A stretch of 29,267 nt of DNA, from positions 1 to 29,267 of IMG/VR virus record IMGVR_UViG_3300046817_000630; one strand, given 5' to 3'. How positions within the stretch are numbered: position 1 is the first letter of the stretch; each line of letters begins with the position of its first letter. Source of the stretch: a virus. Lineage: Duplodnaviria > Caudoviricetes. Below the pieces are notes generated by a model. That model had not been told where the DNA came from. It saw only the letters and a list, made by a program, of their open reading frames with translations, and made no database searches. Both the position numbers and the translations under genes were made by a program. Positions 8,947 to 17,035 of this stretch are shown in pieces.

Positions 8947-9106
8947 TTTGATTGGTTTCCATTTGTTTGATTGCGCGGTGGAGGAGGTCTCGGATGAATT
9001 CGGTTGGGGGGATTCGGCGTCCTAGCAATAGCTTCAACTTGTCCCAATCGCCTCGATAGAACAACATTTCCCGGCGTTCGAGTTCGATTCTGGCACGCCT
9101 ATTCAC
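8903..9106 (-). CDS. Small basic protein, possible ribbon-helix-helix
   Basis: GTGA overlap with the upstream ORF; strand-helix-helix pattern (EFIRDLLHRAI). Confidence 0.5.
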   Translation of the reverse strand: MNRRARIELERREMLFYRGDWDKLKLLLGRRIPPTEFIRDLLHRAIKQMETNQNVRARIPTQPGPTE

Positions 9107-9273
9107 AGCCGTTCATCCCTCATTCGATCATACTCTGCATCTGGATCGCGCCACTGCAGGCCACACTCTCCGGTGCAACTGTCTGGTCGCCAGCCCTTGT
9201 GATTGGGGCCTGCGCCGCAGAACTCACAGCAATCATCGATGGGATTGTGGGCCTTCCAGCTATCATATGTCAT
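9103..9273 (-). CDS. 56-aa Cys-rich putative zinc-binding protein (not in ORF track)
   Basis: MTYDSWKAHNPIDDCCEFCGAGPNHKGWRPDSCTGECGLQWRDPDAEYDRMRDERL*; CxxC...CxxxC; exactly fills the gap between neighbours. Confidence 0.7.
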   Translation of the reverse strand: MTYDSWKAHNPIDDCCEFCGAGPNHKGWRPDSCTGECGLQWRDPDAEYDRMRDERL

Positions 9274-9484
9274 TGGGATTGGCCTTTACGATCCAGAGTT
9301 CTTCGTTTGGACAGATGGGCGAGACTCGGATTTGGAGCCCCGCCAATGATGGTTCGCCGGACTTGGATCGGGCCCTGTACAATGCCTGCTTCACCCGTTC
9401 GGGATCATCAACTGCGATGACAATACCAAAGGGCGATGCCAGGGCCTCGTACATGAGTTCTAACCAATTTGGTTCACTGTTCAT
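9263..9484 (-). CDS. Hypothetical protein
   Basis: MNSEPNWLELMYEALASPFG...ELWIVK; start is uncertain. Confidence 0.6.
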   Translation of the reverse strand: MNSEPNWLELMYEALASPFGIVIAVDDPERVKQALYRARSKSGEPSLAGLQIRVSPICPNEELWIVKANPNDI

Positions 9485-9536
9485 TGGCGGGGACATTTGG
9501 CAGGCGGGAAAATGGAGATAAACCCGCCAACCAAAA

Positions 9537-10103
9537 CTACTCTGCGGCCTGTGCGGTTGGAGCGGCATCGAGCGCGATTTGGTTTGATGCCTGGACCCGG
9601 CGCTCGGCCTCAGCCCTGATTGCTGGATACTGGCTGAGGGCCTGCCCGATCAATTCATTGCGCTTGGCCTTATCAACGGTGTTAACTCGAATGCCCCGTG
9701 CTCTGAGTTGTTCGCTGATCTTTTCCCAGGCCACCTTGGCTGCAACCTTATCAACTGGATTGACCTCTGGCTTGGCTGGCTTCGGTTGGGCTGGCGCTCG
9801 GGCCATTCCAAATTGGTATTTGGATGCATAGTCGGCAAATTCTTTGTCCAAAGCGGGCTTGTCCAAGACTGTGGTTGCCACATCTGCATCGTCGGCCAAA
9901 TTATTGGCCTTCTTATGGGCCTTCAACCTTGATCTGATCTTGGCCGCAAAATTGTTCCTCAGATTAGCTGCCAAATCCTGATTCAACTGCTCTGCCTCGC
10001 CCTCAGTCAACACATGCCCAATCTTGAATGGCTGCGGCGCACTAAAATTGAGCCCCTGAATCGTATACTCGATGTGGGGCGTTTCCTGTGTAACATCTAC
10101 CAT
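9537..10103 (-). CDS. Hypothetical Ala/Lys-rich protein (possibly abundant, DNA-binding)
   Basis: GAGGAG RBS, its own sigma70-like promoter, downstream hairpin. Confidence 0.75.
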   Translation of the reverse strand: MVDVTQETPHIEYTIQGLNFSAPQPFKIGHVLTEGEAEQLNQDLAANLRNNFAAKIRSRLKAHKKANNLADDADVATTVLDKPALDKEFADYASKYQFGMARAPAQPKPAKPEVNPVDKVAAKVAWEKISEQLRARGIRVNTVDKAKRNELIGQALSQYPAIRAEAERRVQASNQIALDAAPTAQAAE

Positions 10104-10140
10104 TGGTTTTACTCCTCAGTTGTGATGGGTGGAATTGATA

Positions 10141-10169
10141 AACCTAACCATTACAAATGGTTGTGTCAA
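10141..10169 (-). promoter_or_regulatory. Sigma70-type promoter TTGACA-N17-TAGGTT
   Basis: Perfect -35 and 17-bp spacer, intergenic. Palindrome AACCATT-N3-AATGGTT in the spacer; CATACGTATG at 10173-10182. Confidence 0.7.
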
Positions 10170-10184
10170 CATCATACGTATGTA

Positions 10185-10403
10185 TCATTGGCCAATTTCA
10201 TCAACTTCTATTACAACAGATGCATCATCAGGAATGTTCTTGAGATCATTGGTGATCGCGCGCTTGCGATCAGATAACCAATCCCGAAGAGCGGCCTTCA
10301 GATCAGCTGCATCATCGGTGCTGTCGTAGAAGATGCCCCTGAGATCCTCAGCTTCCATTTCCTCGTCCCAATCAATGTGCGCAGTAAACCTATATTTGGG
10401 CAT
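10185..10403 (-). CDS. Hypothetical acidic protein
   Basis: GGAG RBS; tiles the operon. Confidence 0.6.
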   Translation of the reverse strand: MPKYRFTAHIDWDEEMEAEDLRGIFYDSTDDAADLKAALRDWLSDRKRAITNDLKNIPDDASVVIEVDEIGQ

Positions 10404-10617
10404 CTTTTCGCTCCACTATGAGATCATTTCCAGAGATCTTGAACCGCAAGGGATTGAATTGGGCTTGGCCAGTAGCTCCAAGAAACCGACGCATCTTATA
10501 ACATGCATGTCTCCAAGTGATCGCGTCCTGGGCCCGTTCAAACGACACAGTTTGAGTCCCGTTCTTGAGGGCCGCACACATCAATAGATAGACTGAGCGC
10601 TCGGACGTGATCTTCAT
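10390..10617 (-). CDS. Hypothetical protein
   Basis: ATGA coupling to the upstream gene. Confidence 0.6.
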   Translation of the reverse strand: MKITSERSVYLLMCAALKNGTQTVSFERAQDAITWRHACYKMRRFLGATGQAQFNPLRFKISGNDLIVERKDAQI

Positions 10618-10943
10618 AGTGGCTTTAGTTCGTGCGACAACATCACATCGATTGTGTGTGAGAGTGACTCAGTTGCATTGATCGTGGTATTGGCAATCTC
10701 GGTGAAGTCGGAGATTTTGTCGCGGACTTGGTTGGCGCGCTCAGCAACGACGGATTCGAGTTTGTCCAACATTTGACGCGAGGCTTTGATTTTTTCCAGG
10801 ATATTGGACTCGATCAGGTCTACATTGCCGACCTGCCGATTGGCCAACGCTGAAGTTGTGCTCGGGCCTTTGATTGATTCAATTGCCCTGCGCACTTCGT
10901 CCGTGAGACCGGCCAACTTTTCCTCGCGCACTTCATCATTCAT
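10614..10943 (-). CDS. Hypothetical coiled-coil protein
   Basis: GAGGA RBS and ATGA overlap at MNDEVREEK; the longer track ORF overlaps other genes. Confidence 0.65.
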   Translation of the reverse strand: MNDEVREEKLAGLTDEVRRAIESIKGPSTTSALANRQVGNVDLIESNILEKIKASRQMLDKLESVVAERANQVRDKISDFTEIANTTINATESLSHTIDVMLSHELKPL

Positions 10944-11113
10944 GATTGGTCCTCTTCTGGTATGTTGTCTGAGACCGCGTGGGCTGGCATTGCTATCTGG
11001 GCCATTTTCCATCTGCGCAAAACCTCCTCTAATAACAAGATGTTGTCCTTGGCGAACCAAATGCTGGCTGCGTGGCGGAGCTTCAGTATCAACTCTGCAT
11101 CGGTCATTTTCAT
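10940..11113 (-). CDS. Hypothetical protein
   Basis: ATGA overlaps on both sides (MKMTDAELILKLR...). Confidence 0.6.
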   Translation of the reverse strand: MKMTDAELILKLRHAASIWFAKDNILLLEEVLRRWKMAQIAMPAHAVSDNIPEEDQS

Positions 11114-11370
11114 TTGGATGTGCCTTGGTATGGAAAGGTCCAACCATATCGATTGCAAAGCTCACAATGGAACCACGTTGGATGTGTTGGCTCCTCGAAG
11201 TGCATGGTTTGGGCATCGGGACTCTCAACGGCCAATGACACGGTTGGGGGCCGCTCATGCGATCGATGCATGGTCAAGAAATTGCAAACCCTGTGCTTCA
11301 CTGATGAATACATCTGCGCGCTCGGCGAGAGTTCGGCTAGGCAACTCAGACATACATATTTAGTGATCAT
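11110..11370 (-). CDS. Cys/His-rich hypothetical protein
   Basis: CLSC and CELC pairs; ATGA coupling. Confidence 0.55.
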   Translation of the reverse strand: MITKYVCLSCLAELSPSAQMYSSVKHRVCNFLTMHRSHERPPTVSLAVESPDAQTMHFEEPTHPTWFHCELCNRYGWTFPYQGTSK

Positions 11371-11876
11371 GTCTTCCTCAACATAAATGCCAAATGATGA
11401 TCGCCCATTTGATTGGCAGCAATGATGTCAAAGTTCTGCTTCCAATACCAACGATAGTCAGTTACTTGAAGGCCCTTTTCGAGTTGGACTGCATACCATT
11501 TCTGATTGAGCATCCAGAAGTGATTGGCACCAAAGAATCTTGTGTGTCCGGGGTCTGCGAACGCGTCCATTCCAATGGGGACGATGATTCCAAACAATCC
11601 GTCCACTTTCAAAATGCGATGGCACTCACCCATAAAGTCAAACCAGGCTTTCCAATCGCCTTGCTGACCGAAGTGCTCAAGCACATCATATGCACCGAGT
11701 TCGTCCCAATCATTTGACATGAATGGCAAGGGGAGTTTCTCAAGATTCCAGATGACATCTGCGCCGCACTCTGGGTCCATGTCCAATGTCCTGAGATCGC
11801 CCGCCCATTCGCTCATGGCAGTTAGCGAAACCTTTCTGACCCGTGAATTGCCACACCCAAGCAATAGTGATCTCAT
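11367..11876 (-). CDS. Class I SAM-dependent methyltransferase
   Basis: LLLGCG motif I, TLD, LPF, DVLEH, ECHRILKVDG, ADPGH. Confidence 0.8.
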   Translation of the reverse strand: MRSLLLGCGNSRVRKVSLTAMSEWAGDLRTLDMDPECGADVIWNLEKLPLPFMSNDWDELGAYDVLEHFGQQGDWKAWFDFMGECHRILKVDGLFGIIVPIGMDAFADPGHTRFFGANHFWMLNQKWYAVQLEKGLQVTDYRWYWKQNFDIIAANQMGDHHLAFMLRKT

Positions 11877-12436
11877 GCTTGGGCCCGCCTGCGATTCCAT
11901 AGAAATAGTCCGATGAACACAAGAGCGGGCCAGCCAGCGCCAAGGATTGGCCCAGGTACAGCTGCCAGAGAATTGAATGTTTGCGTGGGGGCCATGAAAA
12001 TGCCACTGGTCATCTGTGTTGTGTAATTGGCATTATTAATGATCTCGAACTCGCCTAACACACCGGGGGTCTGGGCGAATCCAACGCTTGTGGAAATGAA
12101 TGAACCGCCATCGAGATAGCCGGTTTGTTGAATGATATTGGGCCCGTTCAGATAAAATTCCCCATACCAACCTTGGCCGCCGAAATCATACGTGTGACCA
12201 TTGATTGTGATCGAGACATCGCTGATGGGATTAGCATTTGGATAGTGGTTGGCTAGGGGACCAAAGTTCGGCGTTCCAATGCACTCACAATCGTTGGCCG
12301 TCCAAGTCACCGAATAGGATTGGCCAGCCAATGACCCGCCGCCAAAGTAGTTGCCACCGTCCAGGCCCCACGTTGCGCCGCTGGGCGTCTGTGCGCCAGT
12401 TACCGGAGCAATGATCCCGCTGACTGTCCAAATCAT
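11873..12436 (-). CDS. PEP-CTERM/VPLPA-CTERM-like sorting-domain protein
   Basis: C-terminus AVPGPILGAGWPALVFIGLFLWNRRRAQA is motif + TM helix + Arg cluster; Gly/Thr/Asn-rich beta-type body. Confidence 0.75.
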   Translation of the reverse strand: MIWTVSGIIAPVTGAQTPSGATWGLDGGNYFGGGSLAGQSYSVTWTANDCECIGTPNFGPLANHYPNANPISDVSITINGHTYDFGGQGWYGEFYLNGPNIIQQTGYLDGGSFISTSVGFAQTPGVLGEFEIINNANYTTQMTSGIFMAPTQTFNSLAAVPGPILGAGWPALVFIGLFLWNRRRAQA

Positions 12437-12636
12437 TTTTTGACCTCTCGATCTGTTGATTGCAATGATCTCAAACGCAATTCAAAAGTCTTGCTTTTCA
12501 TTTCAATCAAAAGATTGGCGATTGTGTCCCATCTGATATCATCGCGCAACAAAACCAATTGGCGCGCGCTCGAAGCTGCCATATCCAGTGAGTCATTCAA
12601 TTGTCTAAACACGGTTGATTCGTCGATTTGTGCCAT
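12433..12636 (-). CDS. Hypothetical protein
   Basis: MAQIDESTVFRQL...; ATGA overlap downstream. Confidence 0.6.
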   Translation of the reverse strand: MAQIDESTVFRQLNDSLDMAASSARQLVLLRDDIRWDTIANLLIEMKSKTFELRLRSLQSTDREVKK

Positions 12637-12641
12637 TGACC

Positions 12642-13016
12642 CTACTCTGGTTTGACAAATGAGATTGCGGGCTGGCCAGATAGCAGGAATGTCAGGGTGC
12701 CCGACCACTCACTTACACCATCTCCGTCGCCGTTCAAATACTGCTGATCCATTATGGGAGCTATTGTCTCTGCGTCTGCCCTTGGAATGAACCCCAAATG
12801 AAGGGGTTCTTCGAATGGAATGTCAGAGGCCAATAGAAGGCTCGATACTGTATCGCCATGGTTCTCTTCCAATGACAATAGGACTTGAACTGCATTTGAG
12901 TCATAGGGATTGTCTGGTTGGCGCTTCAATAGAAGCTTGGTGCCTGATGAGAGATTCTCCAAAACCTGCTGGGCTGGCGGTCTAAACCTAGCCCCTACGA
13001 TTGCCAGTATTGTCAT
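12642..13016 (-). CDS. HIRAN domain protein
   Basis: IVGARFR, LKRQPDNPYDSNAVQV and LGFIPR motifs; GGAGG RBS. Confidence 0.85.
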   Translation of the reverse strand: MTILAIVGARFRPPAQQVLENLSSGTKLLLKRQPDNPYDSNAVQVLLSLEENHGDTVSSLLLASDIPFEEPLHLGFIPRADAETIAPIMDQQYLNGDGDGVSEWSGTLTFLLSGQPAISFVKPE

Positions 13017-13155
13017 GATTGTCCTCCGTTTGTTTCCATTCTGGGCCATCACACATGAGAATGAACAATACCAAGAATGGGAATAGCATCGCGAAGATGC
13101 AGATTGAAAAAATGCCCCGTGCGATCCTAGACATCAGGCATCGATCTAGTTGCAT
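12988..13155 (-). CDS. Small single-TM protein (not in ORF track)
   Basis: MQLDRCLMSRIARGIFSICIFAMLFPFLVLFILMCDGPEWK...RRG*; fills the gap, weak RBS. Confidence 0.45.
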   Translation of the reverse strand: MQLDRCLMSRIARGIFSICIFAMLFPFLVLFILMCDGPEWKQTEDNHDNTGNRRG

Positions 13156-13186
13156 CTGGATCTATTGCTCGCACGGGGTCCAAGCA

Positions 13187-13402
13187 TCACGTCAGGGCGG
13201 CTGATGCTTTGGTTTGGATTTCCTGGCCTAGCCATTCAATTGCCTTGGCCCTTGATTCGAAATGCATTGACCCGCCCGATCGCTTGCGCGAATAGAGCCA
13301 CCATCGCGCGCCATCAAACACCAATCGAATATCGCAATTCGCGAGCTTATAGAATGATGGGGACTCGATATCCCATTGAAGATCATTGATGGTGCGGGTC
13401 AT
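13187..13402 (-). CDS. Hypothetical protein
   Basis: ATGA coupling. Confidence 0.6.
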   Translation of the reverse strand: MTRTINDLQWDIESPSFYKLANCDIRLVFDGARWWLYSRKRSGGSMHFESRAKAIEWLGQEIQTKASAALT

Positions 13403-13605
13403 TGGGAATATCCCCGACGCCGACGCTTACATTCAACCTGATAATCAACCCAATTACGCAAAGCCCAACGCGCAGCTTGTAAGCGTTCTGTTTCCTCAGG
13501 AGTGTTGAGCCAGGAATGAGAATTGAGGGCCATTATCATAGGTCTGAGATCATTATCGCGTTGGCGATTTATGCCAAGTATATTTACAGCAGTAGTTGAG
13601 TTCAT
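13399..13605 (-). CDS. Hypothetical early protein
   Basis: ATGGAG RBS; downstream of a promoter-like region. Confidence 0.65.
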   Translation of the reverse strand: MNSTTAVNILGINRQRDNDLRPMIMALNSHSWLNTPEETERLQAARWALRNWVDYQVECKRRRRGYSQ

Positions 13606-13679
13606 ATTGGTTCTCCATTTGCATTTTGATCGCCTGACACGAGTGCGAATTGCGTTCGCTAGATTTGGCTAGGGTCTGG

Positions 13680-13724
13680 AGATTGGGGTAATATTGCCCC
13701 AATGTCCAATCACATTTCTGTGAT
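13680..13724 (-). promoter_or_regulatory. Promoter TGGACA-N17-CAATCT with upstream ATCAC-N6-GTGAT palindrome
   Basis: 22/23 identical to 17085-17107; hairpin ATTGGGG/CCCCAAT spans the spacer. Confidence 0.55.
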
Positions 13725-14020
13725 CAGCCGTTGGGAGGCTTGATTTTTTCAAACAAATTGGCCTCTGGCCCTGGCCCATAACTGGCCCCGATTTGTTCTA
13801 GGCACTCTCGCATGATCAAATCTGTGGCCGTGCCAGCTGGCCGAGTCCGGTTCACGTTCCTTCGATACGTGAGAGTCTGACGAACGCGCTCGGACTCATA
13901 ATTGGGAAGCCTAGGCAATAGTGCTGGCGCTTCGCTCTGTACAATGGCCACCAGCTCGCCCATTTCCACGATGAGCCTCTGAATGCGCTCTGTTGGATTA
14001 TTCTCAACTGCCCTTGGCAT
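13724..14020 (-). CDS. Hypothetical protein, paralog of 15444..16040
   Basis: Shared NNPT[DE]RIxRL N-terminus; ATGGAG RBS. Confidence 0.65.
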   Translation of the reverse strand: MPRAVENNPTERIQRLIVEMGELVAIVQSEAPALLPRLPNYESERVRQTLTYRRNVNRTRPAGTATDLIMRECLEQIGASYGPGPEANLFEKIKPPNG

Positions 14021-14033
14021 TTTTCATTCTCCA

Positions 14034-14468
14034 TCATTTGTAAACTGCAATTCCGCGATTATAACAACTATCAACCTCTGAACCCTCTGGAACATCATTT
14101 GGACGCATTATGTACAATGAGGCTCCTCTGGGATCGGTTTGGATGTATGGGCTGAAGCCCGGATATTTGGTTATTATCTTATTGAGTCTCTTGAGTGCAC
14201 CGCGTTCGAGGTCTGATATTGGGCTATAATGCGTGCGGCCCTCCCGATGCCCGATGCGTTCGCGGTAGGGTTTGCCTTTTTCATCATATACAAATGTCCC
14301 GTTGGACATATGACCGCGGACGATTGAGTAGGAACAGAAATCATTACTCATGCCGCATTCAAGTTCATGCCAATTGTGAAGCGTCATGCTGATCCTGCGT
14401 AATGCCACTGCGTCATTGTGTGTGATGCCAGCATTTGTTAGATATTCTATGACTTGATGATTTGTCAT
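14034..14468 (-). CDS. Hypothetical early protein (YIQTDPRG motif)
   Basis: ATGGAG RBS before MTNHQV. Confidence 0.7.
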   Translation of the reverse strand: MTNHQVIEYLTNAGITHNDAVALRRISMTLHNWHELECGMSNDFCSYSIVRGHMSNGTFVYDEKGKPYRERIGHREGRTHYSPISDLERGALKRLNKIITKYPGFSPYIQTDPRGASLYIMRPNDVPEGSEVDSCYNRGIAVYK

Positions 14469-14500
14469 GACTGAGTGCTCCATTTTGTGTGTGTGACCTA

Positions 14501-14896
14501 TCAACTCACAAAGAATGGCTTAGTTGGATCGCCGCGCCAATAATGACCACGATTAGTTACTAACCCATTATCAGCAAATGCACTCGGCTCAATTCCATTC
14601 TTCTCATAATAATCTTCCCGATCAGAATATGTTGAATAGAATTTCCCGTCCACCATACCGCCAAAGACTAGTTCATGGCGATAGGCATGGTCAATCAGAC
14701 AACGCCAATATCCATCTAGATATGATCTTACCCAATGGGGATATTTGTCCACATTATATTGCTTCAATATCGCATGTCTATTTTCTTCTAGTCTAGCGCT
14801 TGTTGAACCAAACTGTGTATGCGCGCTCATACAGTCTTTCAGTGATAGCAAGGCGCGATCACGAATGGCGAGTGATTGTGCGATTGATTTGCCCAT
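14501..14896 (-). CDS. Hypothetical early protein
   Basis: ATGGAG RBS; 131-aa ORF. Confidence 0.7.
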   Translation of the reverse strand: MGKSIAQSLAIRDRALLSLKDCMSAHTQFGSTSARLEENRHAILKQYNVDKYPHWVRSYLDGYWRCLIDHAYRHELVFGGMVDGKFYSTYSDREDYYEKNGIEPSAFADNGLVTNRGHYWRGDPTKPFFVS

Positions 14897-14935
14897 TTTG
14901 TTTGCTCCATTTGGTTTGACCGTGCATTGTGCATA

Positions 14936-15157
14936 TCATCCATTATCAGCATGACTCGCATAGCGATTTAGTGCTCTCAAGATGCCCAATTTTGTTGGCT
15001 CGATCTCGATCATATCTATTGTGGCATCATGACTATCGCCATTGTGATCTTCATTCCAAGCATCGACTGCCTTTTGTGCATCATTTTTACGGGTGTAGTA
15101 TTTAAACATAACACTGGTCCCGGCATCATGTAATATATGCACCTGATAGAATTTCAT
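14936..15157 (-). CDS. Hypothetical early protein
   Basis: Tiles the operon; AGGGG RBS. Confidence 0.6.
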   Translation of the reverse strand: MKFYQVHILHDAGTSVMFKYYTRKNDAQKAVDAWNEDHNGDSHDATIDMIEIEPTKLGILRALNRYASHADNG

Positions 15158-15158
15158 T

Positions 15159-15386
15159 CTATGCCCCTACATAAGAGGCATAGAATGTACCCATTTGCCC
15201 ATCGCGGCGTTTGGCTTTGTATGAATATACATGTACTCGACCAGCGGCTTTATAAACTGGATCGCGAACAAAGATAGACCCGCGATTGGCATGGTGCAAG
15301 ACGCAGTATGCGGGATCGATTGAGGATAGCATTTGATAATCCTCTGCGGCTTCACGGGATTTGAATGAGCGTCTGTGATTTGTCAT
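15159..15386 (-). CDS. Hypothetical early protein
   Basis: ATGGAG RBS. Confidence 0.65.
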   Translation of the reverse strand: MTNHRRSFKSREAAEDYQMLSSIDPAYCVLHHANRGSIFVRDPVYKAAGRVHVYSYKAKRRDGQMGTFYASYVGA

Positions 15387-15418
15387 TTGATTTCTCCATT
15401 AATTGAGCGTGCATTGTA

Positions 15419-15447
15419 TGGGTACACTAATAAAATGCGGCTGTCAA
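15419..15447 (-). promoter_or_regulatory. Possible promoter TTGACA-N17-TACCCA
   Basis: Perfect -35 overlapping the upstream stop; weak -10. Confidence 0.4.
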
Positions 15448-16040
15448 TCCTCCTGTGGTGCATCTGGTTTGTTTTTTGAAAATAAATCTTTCGGCGGTTT
15501 ATAATCATTCCCGGCTACGATATGCTCTGGCATTATAACAGCTGGATTTTTGCGAATGATATCATCAATAAGCTTTTGTTTCGCGAGCTTCTCCTCCGCC
15601 ATCATTTTGTTATCTTCGGCGATCTGTTTCGCTAGCTCATCATCAATATGATAGGGCATATCATGAGGCATGTTATATTCTGAGTTGGGACTATCAACCA
15701 TTACTGGATTGTTACGCTTTTGCGGGATTGGCTGGCGATGGCGTATGCGAATGCGCGGTTCATCCTTTTCATCTTGCATTGCGTCTCTATCGCGTATGTG
15801 CCTCATGCGCTCGCGCGCTCGGATCACATTTGGGCGCGTTCTCATATAGGTATTGCCTTGGCGTTGTAGCTCCAGGCGAAATTCAATCAATGAAGGCTTG
15901 GGCATGATATTGGGAAGAGAAATGCCATAATGCTGTACGCCCCGATACAAATCATCATATGCAGCTGATAGTTCATCGATTTCTGCCAGAAGCCTCAGAA
16001 TGCGATCTGTTGGATTATTGTTTGGGTTGCGCGCGGTCAT
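15444..16040 (-). CDS. Hypothetical Arg-rich protein next to the putative origin
   Basis: AGGAGG RBS before MTARNPNNNPTDRIL. Confidence 0.7.
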   Translation of the reverse strand: MTARNPNNNPTDRILRLLAEIDELSAAYDDLYRGVQHYGISLPNIMPKPSLIEFRLELQRQGNTYMRTRPNVIRARERMRHIRDRDAMQDEKDEPRIRIRHRQPIPQKRNNPVMVDSPNSEYNMPHDMPYHIDDELAKQIAEDNKMMAEEKLAKQKLIDDIIRKNPAVIMPEHIVAGNDYKPPKDLFSKNKPDAPQED

Positions 16041-16106
16041 AGCTAATCCTCCTATGGTTGTGGTGGCATGGGCCTTATTGATGGCACATGTTAACACCTG
16101 ATTATG

Positions 16107-16135
16107 TCTCTAGCATATTGATAGCCGTGCGTCAA
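16107..16135 (-). promoter_or_regulatory. Promoter TTGACG-N17-TAGAGA
   Basis: TTGACG ... GCTAGA resembles alphaproteobacterial housekeeping promoters. Confidence 0.5.
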
Positions 16136-16141
16136 CGTCTC

Positions 16142-16279
16142 CTAGTGATATGCCATCGCCTTCACGCGTTCACTAACCCTAGGTTGTGAGCCCTGCTATT
16201 TCTACTGAAAAAAAAAAAAAAAAAAAAAAAACTCTTTAAAGAGGGCAGGATTTCACTAAAGGCGATGGCATTTGACTAG
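16142..16279. repeat. 21-bp inverted repeat (19/21) enclosing an A24 tract; candidate origin or cis-site
   Basis: CTAGTGATATGCCATCGCCTT (16142-62) / AAGGCGATGGCATTTGACTAG (16259-79); A24 at 16208-16231; palindrome CTCTTTAAAGAG at 16232-43. Confidence 0.8.
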
Positions 16280-16358
16280 TTGACATTTCGTGTCAGCTAA
16301 GAAAATGGCCCACACAAACGAATGTGCGAGCCAAGTTCTCACAACCAAAAGCTTCTTT

Positions 16359-16466
16359 TCAATCCAAATCCAACCTGTCCGCGAATTTGGAACAAATCAA
16401 TCCAAGCGAAAGCCACAAAATCACGCCCGACATTGCGGCAACTTCAAATCCAAAAAGCCAGCTCAT
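16359..16466 (-). CDS. 35-aa TM peptide (not in ORF track)
   Basis: MSWLFGFEVAAMSGVILWLSLGLICSKFADRLDLD*; ATGGAG RBS; ATGA overlap. Confidence 0.5.
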   Translation of the reverse strand: MSWLFGFEVAAMSGVILWLSLGLICSKFADRLDLD

Positions 16467-16658
16467 TTTTCATTCTCCATTTCATTGGCGAAAATTTTGT
16501 ACCTGATCAGATTCTGGCGACATTGCTGCAAAATGCGCTGATTGCGCTCCTTGTCAGCTTGTGCTGTTTTTGCCAGATATTCGCGCATTTGGTCGTTCAT
16601 CTGATTTCTCCATTGTTTGAACACGCGCAATATACACCTAAAGCCAGCTCATTTTTCA
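16454..16658. repeat. 19-bp perfect direct repeat flanking the 45-aa gene
   Basis: AAAGCCAGCTCATTTTTCA at 16454-16472 and 16640-16658. Confidence 0.9.
16463..16600 (-). CDS. 45-aa protein (not in ORF track)
   Basis: MNDQMREYLAKTAQADKERNQRILQQCRQNLIRYKIFANEMENEK*; ATGGAG RBS. Confidence 0.6.
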   Translation of the reverse strand: MNDQMREYLAKTAQADKERNQRILQQCRQNLIRYKIFANEMENEK

Positions 16659-16853
16659 ATCCTCCCCAATAAAATCAAGTCCGCCTTCAATGTCACAAAC
16701 GCCTTCTAAACAATCCATATTGTCTGCGTCTTCAGTCACAACAATCTTGCCGCCGTGGCATATTCCGCGAATTATGCGGATTGCCTCGTCACGACTGGCC
16801 GCTTCAATTTTGAGGGTCGTCAACAATGTGATGCTAAATGAATATTGTTTCAT
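16656..16853 (-). CDS. Hypothetical early protein
   Basis: GGGGGA RBS and ATGA overlap at MKQYSFS. Confidence 0.6.
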   Translation of the reverse strand: MKQYSFSITLLTTLKIEAASRDEAIRIIRGICHGGKIVVTEDADNMDCLEGVCDIEGGLDFIGED

Positions 16854-17035
16854 GATTGATCCCCCCAAAGTCCGAGCTTACCATTCTGCATTTGATATTC
16901 ACCAATAGGTTGACAATCAATCCATTCACCTCCTTTTGCCAGAATGCGCACTGACCCGTCTTTGTCAATGCGTATACCATAACCATTGGATTTATAGAAG
17001 TTTAGAACTTCGATCGCAGTTGCTGTACGGATCAT
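16850..17035 (-). CDS. First gene of the leftward arm, hypothetical
   Basis: ATGGAG RBS before MIRTATAIEVL. Confidence 0.6.
   Translation of the reverse strand: MIRTATAIEVLNFYKSNGYGIRIDKDGSVRILAKGGEWIDCQPIGEYQMQNGKLGLWGDQS

Noticed and set aside
10944-11258. N-terminal extension of the 214-aa track ORF
   Set aside because: It overlaps two better, ATGA-coupled genes; the RBS supports a start at 10943.
16290-16672. Plus-strand ORFs near the A-tract
   Set aside because: They are antisense to small minus-strand genes that have clear RBS and promoter signals.
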